Shown: positions 1-9,073 of the stretch, piece after piece
Numbering within the stretch: position 1 is the first letter of the stretch
Layout: every line of letters begins with the position of its first letter
Virus record (IMG/VR): IMGVR_UViG_3300035670_000134
Strand: one strand, 5' to 3'
Origin: an uncultured virus (IMG/VR IMGVR_UViG_3300035670_000134)
Lineage: Duplodnaviria > Heunggongvirae > Uroviricota > Caudoviricetes
Length of the DNA stretch: 64,000 bases
Position numbers and translations under genes: made by a program
The notes under the pieces: generated by a model
Database searches by the model: none
Seen by the model: only the letters and a program-made list of their open reading frames with translations
What the model was told of the DNA's origin: nothing

Positions 1-95
1 TCATTCTGCTGAGCTTCAAGTAAACGAACTTGGTTGTAAACCATGTCTAACTTAGCGAATGTATTAATATCTTTTGTATTTACAGATCTTCTCAA
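1..95 (-). CDS. hypothetical protein, 5' part only (runs off window)
   Basis: Reading frame from TTG overlapping the upstream stop: LRRSVNTKDINTFAKLDMVYNQVRLLEAQQN..., open to window edge. Confidence 0.5.
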   Translation of the reverse strand, partial: MRRSVNTKDINTFAKLDMVYNQVRLLEAQQN

Positions 96-388
96 GGCTT
101 TCTACCATTCTTTCTTGCTTGATTGAGTTTTCTCATCTCACGACGCTTTCTTTCAACTTGCTCCTGCATTGGAGATTTTGGCCTCCTCATACTGGTGCTA
201 GAGAGATTGCGACCCTTACCCCGATATTTCAGCAAATCATACTTTTTAACCCAGTTATAAACTGCCTGAGGGGTAACTTCAATATTGTAACTTTCTTTGA
301 GCCGCTTGCAGATGTCAGTAAGGTTCATCCGCTTTTTGACATAGTGCTCGTATAACCAGTTTTTATCCTTATACGGCTCCATACCCAC
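92..388 (-). CDS. helix-turn-helix DNA-binding protein
   Basis: YKDKNWLYEHYVKKRMNLTDIC...VTPQAVYNWVKKYDL HTH-like pattern, basic C-terminus. Confidence 0.65.
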   Translation of the reverse strand: MGMEPYKDKNWLYEHYVKKRMNLTDICKRLKESYNIEVTPQAVYNWVKKYDLLKYRGKGRNLSSTSMRRPKSPMQEQVERKRREMRKLNQARKNGRKP

Positions 389-950
389 GGTCTAGATAAT
401 ACCACAAAGCAATGCCGATTGCGTCGTTTATGTCATCATCTTCTGTGCTGAAACCGGACTTGAACTCAATAATCTTTTTAACACGATCTTTTCTTTCTCT
501 AGTTAATCGTGCTTGTAGACCTTTAGAGCCAAATTGCTTTTGCATCTCAAGTTTATCTTGTTTAGAGATGTTTTTGTAACCAATCCTGTTCTTCCATATC
601 AAAGGATTGATATCACAAACACTGTTACAATATTCATCTAATGTACCCCAAGAGTATCCAATTATATAAGAGATGATCCTGCTTGATTGAAAATTTTGAA
701 TATAGACAGATTGTTCAATAACCGCATCTTTAAAAAGATAATCTTCCCAGATCGAATGAAGACCGGAGCGTATTGCTCTAAATTTGTTATGAATCTCTTT
801 CTTATCAGAAAAATCAATCTTACCAGAGGCAACCACAGTAAAAGAATTTTTAGCCAAGTCCACAACGCACCAAGCCAAAGAATTTGAAGACGGATCTATG
901 GAAATTATTCTTGTTGACTTAACTGTGTTAACTAACTTAGCGATACTCAT
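369..950 (-). CDS. ruvC: RuvC-like Holliday junction resolvase
   Basis: IISIDPSSNSLAW, VIEQ, DDINDAIGIA: RNase H-fold acidic residues; start set at MSIAKL. Confidence 0.8.
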   Translation of the reverse strand: MSIAKLVNTVKSTRIISIDPSSNSLAWCVVDLAKNSFTVVASGKIDFSDKKEIHNKFRAIRSGLHSIWEDYLFKDAVIEQSVYIQNFQSSRIISYIIGYSWGTLDEYCNSVCDINPLIWKNRIGYKNISKQDKLEMQKQFGSKGLQARLTRERKDRVKKIIEFKSGFSTEDDDINDAIGIALWYYLDRGYGAV

Positions 951-1260
951 CTCTAAGGCTCCTTTCATCCCAGCCCCAAGAGACAAGTCTTTTTATGTAT
1001 CTTTCTCTCTTGCAAGCTTCACATATTTCTTCTTTATTGTAAGAAGAAAGAATAGTGTCACAGCCTGAAGTATCACAAATCCTTCTAGAATTTTTCTTCT
1101 CTTTATTCTTATAGTAGTTTTGTAAAAGCCTCTTGTTGGTAACAACTCTCCTGCAATCAGAGGAGCAAAAGATCGCGTTGTACGTCTTTGGGATGAATTG
1201 CTTTCTACACTCCTCATTTTTGCAGGAAACAGCTTCAAAATGGTTCGTACTCCTGTTCAA
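937..1260 (-). CDS. Cys-rich (zinc-binding) hypothetical protein
   Basis: CKNEEC...FCSSDC and CDTSGC...CEAC clusters; overlaps both neighbours. Confidence 0.65.
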   Translation of the reverse strand: MNRSTNHFEAVSCKNEECRKQFIPKTYNAIFCSSDCRRVVTNKRLLQNYYKNKEKKNSRRICDTSGCDTILSSYNKEEICEACKRERYIKRLVSWGWDERSLRDEYR

Positions 1261-1996
1261 TATCGTTCTCCGACCAGCAATGCGCTGCCAGATCGCAACT
1301 AGCGCAATGCTTTGATGTCCTCTTGTAAGGACGATCAGGCTTCTCCTTATCTAGGACAGCCTTATAAATCCTACGATACTTCTTAAACAACTTTTCTAAG
1401 AAAGCATCGTCTCGTTCTATGTAGATGGGTAGAATTTGCTGATTATTCTTGTTCTCGTAGATAACGAAACCGCTATCTAAGTTTAAACAATGCATGTAGA
1501 GATTGGCTTGACGTACATGATCATCTGAGGGCTTGTGTGACAATTGTCTGTATTGGAATCCTTCTGCTGAGATAGACTTGAGCTCGATAAGTTTATGACC
1601 ATCAAGATCAATTATACCATCAGCAGTACCCTGAATTGGAGGATCTTCGTTACTTACCGGTAACTCTTCTGCGACAAGAATACCCATATCCCTAAAATAA
1701 GAATAAAGCCGGTCATGAACAGCATGACCATTATCAAAAATACGATATGTCTGAGGACTAAAGGATGGAGTATACTCGATTCCGTCAAACATGTAGTACC
1801 AGTATCTAGCACATTGATTGGTAGAACTTGGCCTAAAGAAATCAACCTTCTTGTATATTGGTTCATTTCTCTTTGCAAGATGAATATCTATCGAATCACA
1901 GAGCATACCTTCAAGATCGGAACCGCTCAATGGTTCGCTCTCAACCACGGCCTTCTTTGTCTCAGTCTTATTCTTTAAAGCGTCAAGTGCTTTCAT
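1235..1996 (-). CDS. Cas4-like PD-(D/E)XK exonuclease
   Basis: PSSTNQCARY, GHAVH, GTADG...IELKS, QANLY, CASCDLAAHC Fe-S cysteines. Confidence 0.85.
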   Translation of the reverse strand: MKALDALKNKTETKKAVVESEPLSGSDLEGMLCDSIDIHLAKRNEPIYKKVDFFRPSSTNQCARYWYYMFDGIEYTPSFSPQTYRIFDNGHAVHDRLYSYFRDMGILVAEELPVSNEDPPIQGTADGIIDLDGHKLIELKSISAEGFQYRQLSHKPSDDHVRQANLYMHCLNLDSGFVIYENKNNQQILPIYIERDDAFLEKLFKKYRRIYKAVLDKEKPDRPYKRTSKHCASCDLAAHCWSENDIEQEYEPF

Positions 1997-2313
1997 TGCA
2001 TACCATTCCTTGCTGATAGTTTAAGAACATTAATGTTTTCACTTAGAGCTTCATACATCGTTCTCCAAATGTCATTAGCAAACTTGTCTTCCTCATCCAT
2101 CAAGTTAGATCTGCGCTTGTACATTTGTGACTTAACAATCATCATTGTTCTGTATGCTGCAAGTTGGTTTGCATATCTGATTGCTTGACCACCAACATAG
2201 TGTTCAGGTCTGTCAATAATGTCTTGAACGATTTCCATGCATTTGACAAATTCTTCAGATTTGTCACCCATAAGGTTGGAAATTGTATCTACATCTATAA
2301 AAAATCTACTCAA
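1993..2313 (-). CDS. hypothetical helical protein
   Basis: Translationally coupled ORF within the operon. Confidence 0.7.
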   Translation of the reverse strand: MSRFFIDVDTISNLMGDKSEEFVKCMEIVQDIIDRPEHYVGGQAIRYANQLAAYRTMMIVKSQMYKRRSNLMDEEDKFANDIWRTMYEALSENINVLKLSARNGMQ

Positions 2314-2560
2314 CTATTTTCCTATCTAGTATTAGCGAAAAAAGATCTGTCTTCCTTAATGATGGCGGATGAAATAAATGCCATGTCAGAATTGCCCAAC
2401 CAACAAGTGTTGGAAGAAATGTACTTTTCCTAAAAAGCCCATTCTTAAATGCGTTAGACATCGTTTGATGATGACTATTCATAGCCCAATAATCATATGC
2501 AATCACAACAACCGCTGTAGCGGCCCAACCTAAAATACCGTGCTTCTCAACCCGCCTCAT
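2306..2560 (-). CDS. small membrane protein
   Basis: Two hydrophobic segments (GILGWAATAVVVIAYD; TLVGWAILTWHLF). Confidence 0.65.
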   Translation of the reverse strand: MRRVEKHGILGWAATAVVVIAYDYWAMNSHHQTMSNAFKNGLFRKSTFLPTLVGWAILTWHLFHPPSLRKTDLFSLILDRKIVE

Positions 2561-2720
2561 ACATTTCATTCTCCTGTATGATTATATCCCTAGCACGCTG
2601 AAGTATATCCGATATGATATCACTCACATCCATATCTTCGTAGTATGGGAATCCAGATATAATCCCAACGGCATAATAAAACGCTGTTGAATAAAGTTGC
2701 TCATTCGTAATCTGAGTCAT
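2547..2720 (-). CDS. 57-aa hypothetical protein (not in ORF track)
   Basis: MTQITNEQLYSTAFYYAVGIISGFPYYEDMDVSDIISDILQRARDIIIQENEMYEAG; AAGGAG RBS; exactly fills the gap. Confidence 0.7.
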   Translation of the reverse strand: MTQITNEQLYSTAFYYAVGIISGFPYYEDMDVSDIISDILQRARDIIIQENEMYEAG

Positions 2721-3000
2721 TGATCAACTCCTTAAAAACTTCCCAGTCTATTATAGCAACTTTAGTATCTGAATCTTCACCTAAAACAACAGACATGCAT
2801 GGATATCTGTACTGACTGTTCCAAGCATCTTTTCTATGCTTTATCCAAGCAGCCCTTGTAAGAGTGAAAGACTTACCATTATGCTTATAGTCAAGGAGGA
2901 AACGATGAAAAGTCGCATCTCCCTTTCTAAAGCCCCTGCCAGAGTTTTTGACAGGTTTTGCCTTGTCACGCTTTGTCTCTTGATTCTCATCTCTTTTCAT
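2701..3000 (-). CDS. putative Holliday junction resolvase / small PD-(D/E)XK nuclease
   Basis: NSGRG..KGD..LLDYK motif of small phage resolvases. Confidence 0.6.
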   Translation of the reverse strand: MKRDENQETKRDKAKPVKNSGRGFRKGDATFHRFLLDYKHNGKSFTLTRAAWIKHRKDAWNSQYRYPCMSVVLGEDSDTKVAIIDWEVFKELINDSDYE

Positions 3001-3851
3001 TAGTTCCCTTCCTTATTGGCATCAGCAAGCAACTTTGCCATACGTGGTGGTACAGCATTACCAACCTGAAGCCATTGAGCAGTCTTTGGACCGCAAACCT
3101 TGTAATTCCTAGGAAATGACTGAAGGACTAGAGCCTCTTCTAAAGAAATTTCAACAGCATCTGGCTGATGCTGACGAGGACCGTCTCCTGCCTTTCTCCA
3201 TGTTGGGGGAGCAACCATCTCAGGCTTAAAAGACCCAACAATAGTTGTAGATGGCTTCTCATTAGCCCACTTAGGTAGATCATTTCTTCCTAAAGCTTTA
3301 GCCATAGTTATAATTTTACCATCAGAAACAGGAAATTTAGGTTGACTATCCAGTCTTCCTACAACAAAACATCTTTTTCTAGCCTGAGGCACGCCATGAT
3401 GGGAAGAATCAATAATTCTGTAATCTACATTGTACTTAAGCTGTTTTAATTCATCGATATACGAAAGGAAAATAGAAAGATTCTTCTTTGAAGTTAATCC
3501 CTTAACATTCTCAAAGACCACAACTCTCGGCATCAAGTCTTTAACAGCCTTTATTGTTGCAGGGAAGCCATTTCTAGAGTCATCATGACCAGTGCCATTA
3601 CTGTTTGCCTGAGAGAATGATTGACAGGGAGGGCTTGCCCACAGTAAGTCCGCATTACCATAATTACCAAGCATGTTATGCCAATTAGTATCCATTGAAA
3701 TTTTTTGCATCAATGCTGGCATACCATTGGTATTATGAGTGTTAACGGCATGCTTCCAGTAATCTAAACCAATAACATTATATCCGGACTGTTTGAGTCC
3801 AAGAGAAGCCCCGCCCATGCCGCAAAATAAATCGACAGCGTACATTGTCAC
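3000..3851 (-). CDS. dcm: DNA (cytosine-5)-methyltransferase
   Basis: Motif I LFCGMGG, IV SPPCQ, VI ENV, VIII QARKRCF, X QVGNAV. Confidence 0.92.
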   Translation of the reverse strand: MTMYAVDLFCGMGGASLGLKQSGYNVIGLDYWKHAVNTHNTNGMPALMQKISMDTNWHNMLGNYGNADLLWASPPCQSFSQANSNGTGHDDSRNGFPATIKAVKDLMPRVVVFENVKGLTSKKNLSIFLSYIDELKQLKYNVDYRIIDSSHHGVPQARKRCFVVGRLDSQPKFPVSDGKIITMAKALGRNDLPKWANEKPSTTIVGSFKPEMVAPPTWRKAGDGPRQHQPDAVEISLEEALVLQSFPRNYKVCGPKTAQWLQVGNAVPPRMAKLLADANKEGN

Positions 3852-4765
3852 CCCACTAGTATGTTGTAAATTTCCTGCTTTTGTTCGTCGGTCAATTCGA
3901 TATTGCTAGTACCGTTCCACTTGTTCTCTCCGTAGGAATACCAAGCACCACGGCGCTGAATCACATCGGCCTCGATGGCCATTTCAATGAGTTCCCTATC
4001 AACGTCGATCCTGCCCTCCTGTGGAAGGACATAATAGTACCCCTGAGTGCCGATGGTGGGGAGTTGCTTGGTTTTTTCAATAGTCCAAGTAGCACGTTGA
4101 CTTGTGATCTTGTTTGTCCTGTCTTCTCTTTCCATTTCTTTTTGAGACATAGACAAGAATAACTTAACAATGTTATGCATATTGTGATGAACAGTGTTTC
4201 CCATCTTAGCTTTCATCACAGCGTACATACCACTAAGATCGACAGTCTGATGGGCGATGAAAAGCATTATATTCTTTTCCTTGTGAAGATGATTCACAAG
4301 CTTCTGTAGGAAGTAGCCTTGAGATCTTGCTTGAAGACCCATAGCTTTTCCACCGTCAGGCTTGTCATAAAACTCTTCCTTAACAATGTTTGAAAGACTG
4401 TCGAACAGGAAGATATGCTTTTCATCAGGATGATTGAGGTAACCAATTAAATGACGCAAAATATCCTCAACAACTGTTGACTGAACTAAAACAACATCAT
4501 CTACATCAATACCACACTTAGCCGCATAACTTTCGGAGTACGAATACTCTGAATCAACAATAATAGGTCGATATCCCATCTTTTGGGCTTCAGAAAGGAT
4601 TCTAAAACACATAGTTGTCTTGCCAACAGACGGAGTCCCCCAAAACAGATGGGTTGCACCTGTATATAAACCGCCTCCTAAAGCACGATTTAAACCGATG
4701 CTAGGAGTTGGAATAATCTCATGCTCAGGAACATGATCGCCTTTTCTCTTATCAACAAATAACAT
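3848..4765 (-). CDS. recA: RecA/UvsX-like recombinase
   Basis: Walker A GTPSVGKTT, DSE, Walker B FLFDS, C-terminal GAWYSYGE. Confidence 0.88.
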   Translation of the reverse strand: MLFVDKRKGDHVPEHEIIPTPSIGLNRALGGGLYTGATHLFWGTPSVGKTTMCFRILSEAQKMGYRPIIVDSEYSYSESYAAKCGIDVDDVVLVQSTVVEDILRHLIGYLNHPDEKHIFLFDSLSNIVKEEFYDKPDGGKAMGLQARSQGYFLQKLVNHLHKEKNIMLFIAHQTVDLSGMYAVMKAKMGNTVHHNMHNIVKLFLSMSQKEMEREDRTNKITSQRATWTIEKTKQLPTIGTQGYYYVLPQEGRIDVDRELIEMAIEADVIQRRGAWYSYGENKWNGTSNIELTDEQKQEIYNILVG

Positions 4766-4766
4766 A

Positions 4767-5705
4767 CTATTTTCTCAAACTTTCTAGTTGTGTAATTAAC
4801 TTATCAAACCATTCATCGTCATTTTCAACGTGACGCCTTACATCTAGGCTGTCAATAAATTTGACAGAATCCCCTTGAAGGATCACGTTGTGCAATGCGA
4901 TGTCACCATGAATCATATCACCATTCATGAAGGACGGTCTGGCTTTATGGCAGTAATTGATAAGATCATCTATCTCCGGCAGACAACCGCCCATCTCAAC
5001 CCATGTCTTAAGATTGATACCAGCAATCCACTCTCTACGGTTACCATTCTTTGCCCCCACCTTGTTTTCATACGTAGAATCAATATATATATCGGTATCA
5101 TTTAATGGTGTACCAATATATGACTTCTTTAAGAAAGTCTTAGAGTGGTATGTCGCAAACATTGTCCGTCTATCTTTTGATAGATGAGATTCAGGTGTAC
5201 CAAGAATGTTTGCATAAGAAGGCACGAATGTTTGATCAACAATGTACTGGCCGCAAGCCTCCTTCTCTACAGCAACTTCTGCAATTAGAACATCGCCAAT
5301 AGTCTGCATCGCTTCAAGAATCTCCACATAGGTTCCTCCCTCAACATGATGCATCACAGACAATGCCAACACAAGATCAAAATGCTCCACATCCGAAAGT
5401 TGACGAATATCATCAAGCGTAAATTTTTTATCTAACAATATAAGTTTACTCTGTTTATTTTGACTGACGATTGTTTTTAACCAAGGCGTGTAAATGCTCT
5501 CTACAGCGACAACACGGCAGTTGTATTCGCTGAGCATCCTGAGTGAAAAATAGCCAAGATTGGCACCGAAGTCTAGGACAGTGAATTCTCTATTCCACTT
5601 ATCCAGTTCTGGCTTTAACATTTGCCATCGAGACTCACAGTCTCTCAGCCCCTTTGAAATAACAGAGCCATTAACCCAAATGTCTTGATATTGTTCTAAA
5701 TTCAT
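4767..5705 (-). CDS. SAM-dependent methyltransferase with C-terminal kinase-like domain (WbdD-like)
   Basis: VLDFGANLGYFS, FDLVLALSVMHH, SHLS..RTM; C-terminal HGDIALHN...FID. Confidence 0.75.
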   Translation of the reverse strand: MNLEQYQDIWVNGSVISKGLRDCESRWQMLKPELDKWNREFTVLDFGANLGYFSLRMLSEYNCRVVAVESIYTPWLKTIVSQNKQSKLILLDKKFTLDDIRQLSDVEHFDLVLALSVMHHVEGGTYVEILEAMQTIGDVLIAEVAVEKEACGQYIVDQTFVPSYANILGTPESHLSKDRRTMFATYHSKTFLKKSYIGTPLNDTDIYIDSTYENKVGAKNGNRREWIAGINLKTWVEMGGCLPEIDDLINYCHKARPSFMNGDMIHGDIALHNVILQGDSVKFIDSLDVRRHVENDDEWFDKLITQLESLRK

Positions 5706-8700
5706 TGCTTTACCAAATTCTTTCTAGAAATATAGTTATCCACCGTAATAAGAGATGACTCATTTTCTAAAGTGAATGAGTCAAGCCTTGTTATGTCTTG
5801 AGCGTCCTTGACACTTCTAAGCTTTGAAGCGTACCATCCTGTATCCTTCAAGAGATGACGAACCTTTGGGTAAAGGGAAGGGAATACAACGACCTTGATA
5901 ATTCGTTCACCATCCCAAGCATAGAAGTTAGCCATCTCTTTGCCCTTACCTGTCACAAACGTTCTAGTGTTAAAAATGTACAATAGACTCCGTTCAGAAG
6001 TTGAATCACCAAGACCAGTATCATAAAGCCAAGAATATTCATGATTCTTACCTTGCTTACGTATCATAGTAAGATTATAAAGATCAGTTCCAGCATAATC
6101 GTATGCGTCACAGAACATGTGAAGAGTCCTGTCCCCGATCAGACAATATAAAAAGTCCCTGTTTGCAATCTCTGCATTCCTATCACAGAAGATCGTAGCA
6201 GATGCCGTTTGGTCTTCTATCTCAACACGAAGATACTTCGGTGTCTTCTTTGTAGATCTAACAACAGCCTTAACAAGCCTCAACTCTGAATAAATCTCAT
6301 GGAACCCCTCTATAGGCTCCACAAACTCATCCATCTCATTATTAGAGTCCGTCAAACCTATAGCAAAACCAAGAACCGGTAAATAGTAACGCTCATGATC
6401 ATATTCTGAAATATGGCCAAGACTCTTAAAACCGCCCACCTTCTCGATATTCTCGCGAATCGGTGCCTTAACAGACTTCTTGCTACACTTATTGATAAAC
6501 TCATCATAAGAAGAATAAGGTCTATGATTAAAAATCTCAGTAATAGCAGAATCACCACAACCCATGATGTTCTTCAGGCCAAAACGAATACCTTCTTTAT
6601 CAATCGTAAAATATTCGCCAGACAAATTCACATCTGGTGGTAAAACCTTTATGCCAAGACGAGTAGCCTCCATTAGATAGGCAGTGATCTTGCTCTTCTC
6701 AGACTCATTGAAAAGCATTGACCATACAAACTCTTTCGGATAATTAATCTTTAACCACATTGTCTGATACGACAACATCGAATACGCAACAGCGTGAGAC
6801 TTGTTAAACATGTACAGGGCTGCAAGTTCAAACTCTGACCAAATCTTCTCAGACTCACGACGTGTCAAATATTCGTTGTTAACAAACTTCTCTTTGAACT
6901 GTTCAAAATCAGCAGCATCACGCTTCTTACCAATGATCTTACGAAGCTTATCAGCCTCAGACCAAGAAAAGCCGGCAAGCAGCACAGCCATCTGCATCAA
7001 TTGCTCCTGAAAAATAACAGTACCATATGTTTCCTCAAGAATACCCTTCACAACCTCATGAGGATACTTAGGTTGAGCAACACCCTTCTTACAATCAATA
7101 TATGTCTGCCCCTGAGAAAGAAGAGCACCAGGTCTAACCAAAGCATTAGACACTACCAAATCGTTGAAGTTATCGATACCCATTCGATCAATAAGATTTC
7201 TGTATGCAGCAGCATCGGCCTGAAATACACCGACAGTGTTGCCCTCATTGAAATTACGGAAAACCTCAGGATCATCCAAAGCTAAAGACTGCTCAGATAC
7301 ATCGACACCATGAATCTCACGGATCTTATCAATGCAATCCTTGATAACAGAAACCGTCTTCAAACCAAGAATATCAACCTTGATCAAACCGACAGCCTCA
7401 GCGTCCTCCATATCAAACGATGTAACAACAGCCCGCTCGCTAGAAGTCCCCTTACGAGTCTCCACAGGACACACCATCGACAAAGGAATAGAAGACACGA
7501 CCATACCAGCAGCATGAATGCCAGTATTACGGACTCTACCTTCCAACTTCTTTGCAATAGGCAATACGTCAGGATACGTCTTGATAAAAGTCTTACCTTT
7601 ATCAGTCGCCTGCAACTCTTCCAAAGTCTCGAAGAAAGGGGTCACACTGTTCGTCTCATCGAAAGGAACCTGAAAAACCCTAGACACATCCTTAATCACA
7701 GACTTCGGCTTAAAGACACCATAAGTCGCAATAGCAGCAACATTGTCTTCACCCCAGCGCTCAACCAGATAATCCTTTACACGCTCACGTTGCTTGTCCT
7801 CAAAGTCCAAATCAATGTCAGGATAGTCATTACGATCAGGGTTAATAAAACGAGCAAACAGCAAGCCGTACTGAATCGGATCAACCTTAGATATGTCCAG
7901 CAGATATGCAATCAGACTACCACCGACAGAACCACGGCCAGTACCACGACCAACATTGTTGCGATCACACCACTTCACGATATCCCACACCATCAAAAAA
8001 TAGTCTGAAAAACCAAGCTTCTGAATCACATCAAGTTCAGACAACAACCTCTCACGATACTCATCGTTAGCCAAACCCTTATCCTCAAGAGCAGTAAAAC
8101 ACAGCTCCTTCAAATACTCATCAGAATCCAAAGCCTTAATATACTTCGGCAACAAACTAGACCGCTTCTCAATACGAGCAGAACACTTCTCAGCAACCTC
8201 AATAGTGTTCTCTAAAAATGATCGGTCATTATAACCTTTATCGGCAAACCACCCCTGCACTTGGCTAGCAGACGCAATATACGGATTAATCTCATCAAAC
8301 CGCAAAAAGCGATCAGGATACATGCGATTAATCTTCTCAGTAACATTACCACCACCCGGCAAATGCTCCCTAGCATACCTCACCTGACCAGTATTCAACG
8401 AAGGATACTGAGACACCATAAGCAAAACCTCTTCATCATGCTTATCATGCTCAGTAGGGAAATGACAATCAGCAGTCGCAACAACCTTCTTATTAAACGA
8501 CGACGCCAAATCAATCAAAGAATCATTCAACTTCTTAGGATTCCACGCCTGAACCTCATAATAAAAATCGTCACCAAAAATATCAATAAACCTGCCAGAC
8601 AAACGCTCCGCCTCAGCAAAATCATCACGCTCAATCGCCTTAGAAATCGCACCACCCATACAACCAGACAACGCAATAATATCGCCATCAACAAGATCCT

Positions 8701-9073
8701 CAAGCAACTCGAAATCAATACGAGGCTTGTAATAGAAATTGTTCTTCCAAGCAACCTGATTCGCCCTAAACAACTTCTGCAGACCCTCATTGTTCTTCGC
8801 TAAAAGAATCAAATGGAACCGCTCATACTTCGAATCAGAATCCGACCCAACAGACGGCACAAAATATGCCTCAATACCAAACAGCGGACGGACACCAAAC
8901 TTGTCGCACGCATGTTGAAACTTCAACACACCGCCCATCGTCCCATGATCAGTAATCGCAGCAGCAAACTGACCATTCGTAGACGCAACACTCGCAATAT
9001 CAAGAGGCGTAGACATCCCGTCTAACAACGAATACTCTGAATGACAATGCAAATGCACAAAATTAGTCATCAC
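5702..9073 (-). CDS. dnaE: DNA polymerase III alpha subunit (family C)
   Basis: PHP motifs HLHCHSEYS, TDHG, DCH; GRGSVGGS; PDIDLD; HAAG; FNKSH. Confidence 0.96.
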   Translation of the reverse strand: MMTNFVHLHCHSEYSLLDGMSTPLDIASVASTNGQFAAAITDHGTMGGVLKFQHACDKFGVRPLFGIEAYFVPSVGSDSDSKYERFHLILLAKNNEGLQKLFRANQVAWKNNFYYKPRIDFELLEDLVDGDIIALSGCMGGAISKAIERDDFAEAERLSGRFIDIFGDDFYYEVQAWNPKKLNDSLIDLASSFNKKVVATADCHFPTEHDKHDEEVLLMVSQYPSLNTGQVRYAREHLPGGGNVTEKINRMYPDRFLRFDEINPYIASASQVQGWFADKGYNDRSFLENTIEVAEKCSARIEKRSSLLPKYIKALDSDEYLKELCFTALEDKGLANDEYRERLLSELDVIQKLGFSDYFLMVWDIVKWCDRNNVGRGTGRGSVGGSLIAYLLDISKVDPIQYGLLFARFINPDRNDYPDIDLDFEDKQRERVKDYLVERWGEDNVAAIATYGVFKPKSVIKDVSRVFQVPFDETNSVTPFFETLEELQATDKGKTFIKTYPDVLPIAKKLEGRVRNTGIHAAGMVVSSIPLSMVCPVETRKGTSSERAVVTSFDMEDAEAVGLIKVDILGLKTVSVIKDCIDKIREIHGVDVSEQSLALDDPEVFRNFNEGNTVGVFQADAAAYRNLIDRMGIDNFNDLVVSNALVRPGALLSQGQTYIDCKKGVAQPKYPHEVVKGILEETYGTVIFQEQLMQMAVLLAGFSWSEADKLRKIIGKKRDAADFEQFKEKFVNNEYLTRRESEKIWSEFELAALYMFNKSHAVAYSMLSYQTMWLKINYPKEFVWSMLFNESEKSKITAYLMEATRLGIKVLPPDVNLSGEYFTIDKEGIRFGLKNIMGCGDSAITEIFNHRPYSSYDEFINKCSKKSVKAPIRENIEKVGGFKSLGHISEYDHERYYLPVLGFAIGLTDSNNEMDEFVEPIEGFHEIYSELRLVKAVVRSTKKTPKYLRVEIEDQTASATIFCDRNAEIANRDFLYCLIGDRTLHMFCDAYDYAGTDLYNLTMIRKQGKNHEYSWLYDTGLGDSTSERSLLYIFNTRTFVTGKGKEMANFYAWDGERIIKVVVFPSLYPKVRHLLKDTGWYASKLRSVKDAQDITRLDSFTLENESSLITVDNYISRKNLVKQ

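Noticed and set aside
1235..1996. Cas4-like gene as sign of a CRISPR-Cas system
   Set aside because: No repeat-spacer array and no cas1/cas2 seen; stand-alone Cas4-like nucleases are common in phage recombination modules.
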